Assembly (NCBI RefSeq): GCF_009914755.1
Contig: NC_060932.1
Direction: 5' to 3' (one strand)
DNA from: the human T2T-CHM13v2.0 reference genome, Homo sapiens
DNA: 64,000 nucleotides
Shown: one piece after another, positions 57,705-64,000 of the stretch
Layout: each line of letters begins with the position of its first letter
Position numbering within the stretch: the first letter of the stretch is position 1
The notes under the pieces: generated by a model
Told to the model about the DNA's origin: nothing
What the model saw: only the letters and a program-made list of their open reading frames with translations
Database searches by the model: none
Made by a program: the position numbers and the translations under genes

Positions 57705-59914
57705 GTAAACAGCAGTAATCCTAAAAAGCACTTTTCTCTAAATAAAACTTGGGCTTTCTAAAGCATCGGTTAAAAGAAGTCTTCTCAGGGGGATGTGCTG
57801 ACAGCTACCACCCCAAATCCAGAGCCACCTCACCACCCAGCGGGGGTGGCTGAGTGAGGCACAGCCATGGCCCTCCTGCAGCCAGGCTGTCAGTAACTTG
57901 GGCCCTGGGCCCTGGAGGATGCGCTGGTGGTCACGGGAGAAGAGTCAGGGCCATGGTTTCGGCTGCAAAGACGGTTTCTGGATCAGTTTCCACAGTCTTT
58001 GATGAGGCAATAGATCTTACATGGCTGTTTTATTTGCAGATTTCAGAGGAAGCAAATGATCTACAACCAGTGAGCCTGACTCTGACCTGCGGGTAGGAGG
58101 TCAGGTCATTGCAGCCCTTTGGAGGCCTTCACTCTGTGCTGGGTTAGGAGAATGTGTCCCCTCTTCCACCTAGAATAAAGATGACACAGCTTTGGAGGGT
58201 GATTTGTTGCATCCTGCAGGGTGAAAAGGAGACAATTCATCTATGTAGCTTTTATTTCTGGAAGGTCATTCTCTTGTATGCCTGTTCCTCTCCACTAGAC
58301 TTAAAGGGTCTGAGATTCTTGCTGCCAAGGAAGCCACTTTTGTCCTCCAGATATGTCAGTGTTGCTCCTCAGGCAGCAACCTCAGAAGCCAGTGCAGATC
58401 AGAGCTCTGAGTGATCCCTCTCCTAAACCGCATTTGAGGTATGGTAGAAGTTTAGGGAATCCCATCGTTCCACGGGTATTGGGCCAACTAGTCTGAAGCA
58501 GATGTCATAGTCTAAACACAGATAAAGTATAAAGTGTTCCAGGAGCTTCCTCCCATCCTCTATCCTGCCCTCTACCACACACACACACCTGATATTGTGA
58601 CAATGCACCATTAACAACATCACCAATTGTCCCTCGAGGATGCAAAGCTGAGCTCAGTGCCTACAGCTCTCGGACAATTGTGGGCACATGTCCTCTCCCA
58701 CTCATGCCAGCCAAGACACACAATGTGTTCTGCGTTACAGACTAGACAGGGGGTCTGAAGAACAAGGAAATAATTCAGTCTTGCAGGCTGGGGTGAGATT
58801 GCGAATCAAAAGAACAATTTATGAGATCATTCAAACCTGGATGTGAAATTAATACCACACGGGATAACTCACCACAGACCACCTTGTTTGATTTTATTTT
58901 TTTCCTAGGAATAGGGTCTTCCTCCTGCTATCATTTATGTTTCAGACATTATAAAAACAACACAACCCTCTTGCTAGAAATTCCTGTAAGTCTGAAGTGC
59001 GAAGAGTTATGGCAGTAGCCTGAGCTTGAAGCAAATTTTGTCTGTTGTAAATGAATTCACTTTAGTTGAAGAGACTAAGTGTGTGTGTTAACCATTATCA
59101 AAACCCAGGAAGAAAAGTGCAACTTTGGTCAGGGTAGTTGAACCAGAACTTTCCAAGTCACTTGTTTAAAGCTCGAAGCCCTGGTCCTCAGGACCCCACT
59201 CTACTGGTGAACTGGCATGTTCTCTGGGCTCCCATGAGACAAAAAGGAAAGCGCGTCAGCCTTTTGTCATTCCTTCCTAACCTGCCACACGGTCCAGGAG
59301 CCAAAACGAGTCCTGGTCCCACCCTGGAAGAGCTCAGGGCTGAGATTTTGAGGGGTTTGGAGCAGGCCACAGGGCTGAACAGGGTTCACAGGGCTCCAGA
59401 GGCTGCAGAGACTCAAATCCATGGTGCTGAATTAAGCCACAACCCCATAGTTACTGGGATCAGGTGTCACATCATGCCACTAAAATAACCCTCAGTGCAA
59501 GAAAGAAAGGGAACGTAGTCATCTGGGCCCACCTAGTCTGGGCATTGGGCCCTCTCCTATGGAGACTGAGACAAAAAAAAGGCTGCTGCTTTCAGCCTTC
59601 TGTGTAAAAGCGGCCCCGCCCCCAGCGGCTCCGCTAACCCATTTGTAGAAGGTCCTCTCTTCTCCAGGTGGCTTTTCCCAGTCCCTCTGGGCCTCCACCC
59701 CACACCTGTGACATTCACTGCACTGGATGCTCCTACAACAAGGAGACAGAGAGGCCAAAGGAACGCCAGCCCTCTTGAGCTACTTGAAAGAGATTGTGGG
59801 CAGGATTGTGTGCCACACAGATGGATGCTAATGGGTAATTTAAAGTTTGCTTTTGTCAGTTTACTCCTGCAATTGGGAAACAGCTGTATGGAAAATACGA
59901 ATTAAAACAGTTCT

Positions 59915-60410
59915 GGTTATCTACAAACTATCCCCCCACTTAGTGACCCAAACCAGCAACTCTTCTGTTGTTTCTCAAAAGGCTGGGTGCTGACTGGGCT
60001 CTGATGGAGGGCATTTCTGCCCCATGTGATGTCGGCTGGGGCTGAGGTCATGTGAGGCTTCATTGGGTTGGCACATCCCAGGTGACCACTCACTTGACTG
60101 GCAGTGGGTCCCGGCGGTGAGTTTGGAGCTGAGCTGAGGCTGCTGACCACAGTGCCTACGTGTGGCCTCTTCGTGTGCCTTAGGCTTCTCATGGTCACTG
60201 GGTTCCAAGAGTGAGAGTCAGAAGAGGGAGTGGCCCAAAGAAGGAGGAGGCAGGAGGCTGGACTCAGAAGGCAGGTCCTGAGACGGGCACAGTGCCACTT
60301 CCCCTGGGTCCTACTGATTTAGCAAGTCCAGGGCCAGCCCAGCTTCAAGAGGAGGGAAATAAACTCCACTTCTTAGTGAAGGGATTGACAATTTACAGCC
60401 ACCTTTAACC
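59915..60410 (-). mobile_element. Old MLT1 (H/I/J-like) LTR
   Basis: acaaactatcccccacttagtga...ggcttctcatgg...gggttccaagag...cttcaagaggagggaaataaactccacttctt. Confidence 0.65.
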
Positions 60411-60557
60411 CAGCACCATAACCTAAAGTGTAGCCTTTCCAGAGAAGACAATGTATGCTAGTCTGTGCCCATACAAACCCATCCTCTCAACCTACACAGC
60501 CCTTGCGAAGGGTCCCGAAGCCAGGCTGACTTCCCATGGAGTTTAAAACCAGTATTC

Positions 60558-60775
60558 CCAGCCTGGGCAACATGGCGAAACCCAGTCTCTACAAAAGATC
60601 AAAAACTAGCTGGGCATGGTGGTGCACACCTGTAGTCCCAGCTACTTGGGAGGCTAGAGAGGAAGGATCACTTGAGCCTGGGAAATTAAGGCTGCAGTGA
60701 TGCAGTGAGCTGTGATCACCCCACTGCACTCCAGCCTGGGCAATAGGATGAGACCCTGTCTCAAAATAAAATAAA
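60558..60775 (+). mobile_element. 5'-truncated AluJ
   Basis: Starts at ccagcctgggcaac; TSD-like aaaaccaRtaYtcc. Confidence 0.88.
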
Positions 60776-61645
60776 ACCAATACTCCGCTCATGGCTCTTC
60801 CCTTGAAGTAGAAGCACTGTCCTTAGAAGGTGAATCAAAACTGGTGGAGTTAAGACCACAGCCACCAGAGCAAAGGACAGCTCATTGTCAAGGTGGGAAG
60901 AAGACTCCCCCTCAGGACACCTGCGTGGGGCAGCACCTGAGGGCTGGGCAGCAGCAGTTGCCATCTCCGAGGGCAGTCACCACACTCCCCAGTCACAGGC
61001 CACTCTCTGAAGGAGTCACTTGTTTTCAAGTTCCTGTGGGCACTGACTCCTGCTACAGCACTGACAGCCCAAACAGGTGTCAGCGCTGGGTGGCGAGTGG
61101 GCAGAGATCGCTGACAGCAGCATCGTTTCTTCACTCAATATTTGGATGCACACTGCCAAGTTGTCCTCTAGAAAAGCTGTGCCAATTGCTAGTCCTTATA
61201 TCTGGTGTACTGGTATAGCTAGAACCTGGACAACAGTGGGCTTAGGACTTAGCTAGAGGAGCTGTCTAGCACCCCAAAGGAGTGTCAGGCTCCCTTCCTT
61301 GCATCCTCCTCCTCCTGTCAAAGTCACCCGTGACCTGCTGGTGCCAGTCCTGACGGGCTCCCTTCCATCTTTGCTCGTTCACTTACCTCCTCATTGTGGC
61401 GATTGATGCTCCTGTCCACCCCATCCCCATGGCTGGCCTTTTCTCTTTACTCCAGTTCCTTCATGAGCTCCTCTCTTTTGCCTACCCCTTGAACATAACA
61501 TAGATGCTTCCCAAGGCTTTGCCCTTGGCCTTTTGCTCTTTTCTTATTCCAAGGGGGGAATGCTGTTAATTCTCATGTCACTCATTACCACCCGGGGGCT
61601 TACTGCTCAGACACCTTCTCTTCAACTTAGATGTCTCTTTCCATA

Positions 61646-61975
<330 letters not shown>

Positions 61976-62878
61976 TGATTCTACATCCTCAGTTACCAGT
62001 GAAGATCTTTCTTGGGATGTCTCACAGGCATGTCAGACTCAACAAGTCCAGACCTGAACTCCTTGCCAACGTGCTCTTCCCTGGATTTCCTGTCTCCATG
62101 ACTGGCATTGCCACTCGGCCAGGTCCCCACACCAGGGCACTGGAGCCAGCCTGGGGGACCTTCCCATCTACACCCCCACAGCCATTTGGTGATCAGAGCC
62201 TGTTGAGTCTGCCTTCTTTGTGCTTCCAACTCTCTCTGTTCTCCCTCTCTGCTACTAATGCCCTCATTCAGACCCTTATTACCTCAAACCCTTTGGAAAT
62301 GATATTTTATCACCCACTATGCAGTGCTTCATGGGTCTCTAATCTTCTTTTATCAATGCACCAAGAAACAATGTAGAAGGACAGTGCAATGGCACTGTTT
62401 GTAACCAGATAGAGTTACAAAGAGTGCGTTTCCCATACTGGCCAGGAGGGATGGGCTATTTACAGTTCCTTCTCTTTACCTCTAAGAAACATACCAACAG
62501 ACACTAAGCCCTGCTTGGGCCTGATATTTCAGAACCACCTCAACAGCCTTGGTTTCTCTGACTCTGGGGCTGTGTGTGCCTTCCTAGGTCATTGATAGCC
62601 TTCTTCTCCCAGCTTCCCCTGGCTCCCCAGGGAGCCTAGGTCAGGAAGTGCAGCAGGAGGTGTGTGGGGAATGTGTAATCCCTTTTTCAGAAATATTGTC
62701 TGACTCATGCATCTTTCTCACCAAACCAGGCCCAAGAGGCATTTGGGGCCACAGGTATGGAGAAGGCATCTCAAAGATGATCCTAGGGTCTGGGTGGCTC
62801 ACAGGACTCTCCTGCAGTTGCTCCCTATTCTGGGTCTGAAATCATTCAGTTTGGGGTAATACTTGCTTGTATGCATGG

Positions 62879-63616
<738 letters not shown>

Positions 63617-63719
63617 TCCCCCTTTCTCTTCTTAGCACCTGGTTCTAGTTTCTGGCACACAGTCATTGATCAATAATTATTGACATTCATTGATTGGCTT
63701 TTGGTCAATCATAACTTAT

Positions 63720-63960
63720 GTTTATTGAGTACTTACCTGTGCCACATACAGTTCAAAATACTTTAGATATATTAACTCATAAAATTAACTGATTGAGTCC
63801 ATGTAACAACACTGCTATCCTCATTTTAAAGCTGAGGGGAGTGAGGCTTGGAGAAGTGAAGGTAACTTACTAAACACATAGAGTGAATTAGAGGGAAAAC
63901 CAGGAGCTGAATCTAGACAGTCTGATCCTGGAATCCAGCTCTTAACCATACCCAACACTG
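63720..63960 (-). mobile_element. MIR
   Basis: tttattgagtacttac...atcctcatttta...gtgaaggtaactt...gctcttaacca. Confidence 0.7.
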
Positions 63961-64000
63961 CTTTTGTGGTACAAGGTGAATAAGGATTATGCATCAGTAG

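Overview
This is primate genomic DNA, most likely human, because it carries an AluYb-lineage element with the diagnostic 7-nt GCAGTCC duplication. I see no protein-coding gene, tRNA, rRNA, snRNA or CRISPR-like array. The ORFs in the supplied track are translations of Alu, L1 or LTR sequence, or chance frames. The window looks like intergenic or intronic non-coding DNA. It holds about 36 Alu/FLAM pieces, many old L1M and L1PA fragments (often nested), MaLR LTRs (THE1, MST, MLT1), DNA-transposon fossils (Tigger2a, MER44A in MER58A, MER5, MER33, MER81, MER91A), L2/MIR remnants and microsatellites. Several repeat-free islands (about 6.5-7.1, 11.7-12.4, 13.3-14.0, 20.0-21.2, 36.2-36.7 and 57-59.9 kb) have enhancer-like motif content or strong splice sites. 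The most distinctive observations are: (1) a near-palindromic fused pair of Alu left arms sharing private variants, at an apparent multi-kb L1 deletion junction; (2) a recent-looking 95-bp templated duplication inside an ancient L1; (3) an intermediate AluYb element lacking two Yb8 diagnostic bases; (4) clusters of TALE/HOX motifs. I find no evidence for a new multi-gene system. Repeat subfamily names come from remembered consensus sequences, and many boundaries are approximate (about 10-50 nt).
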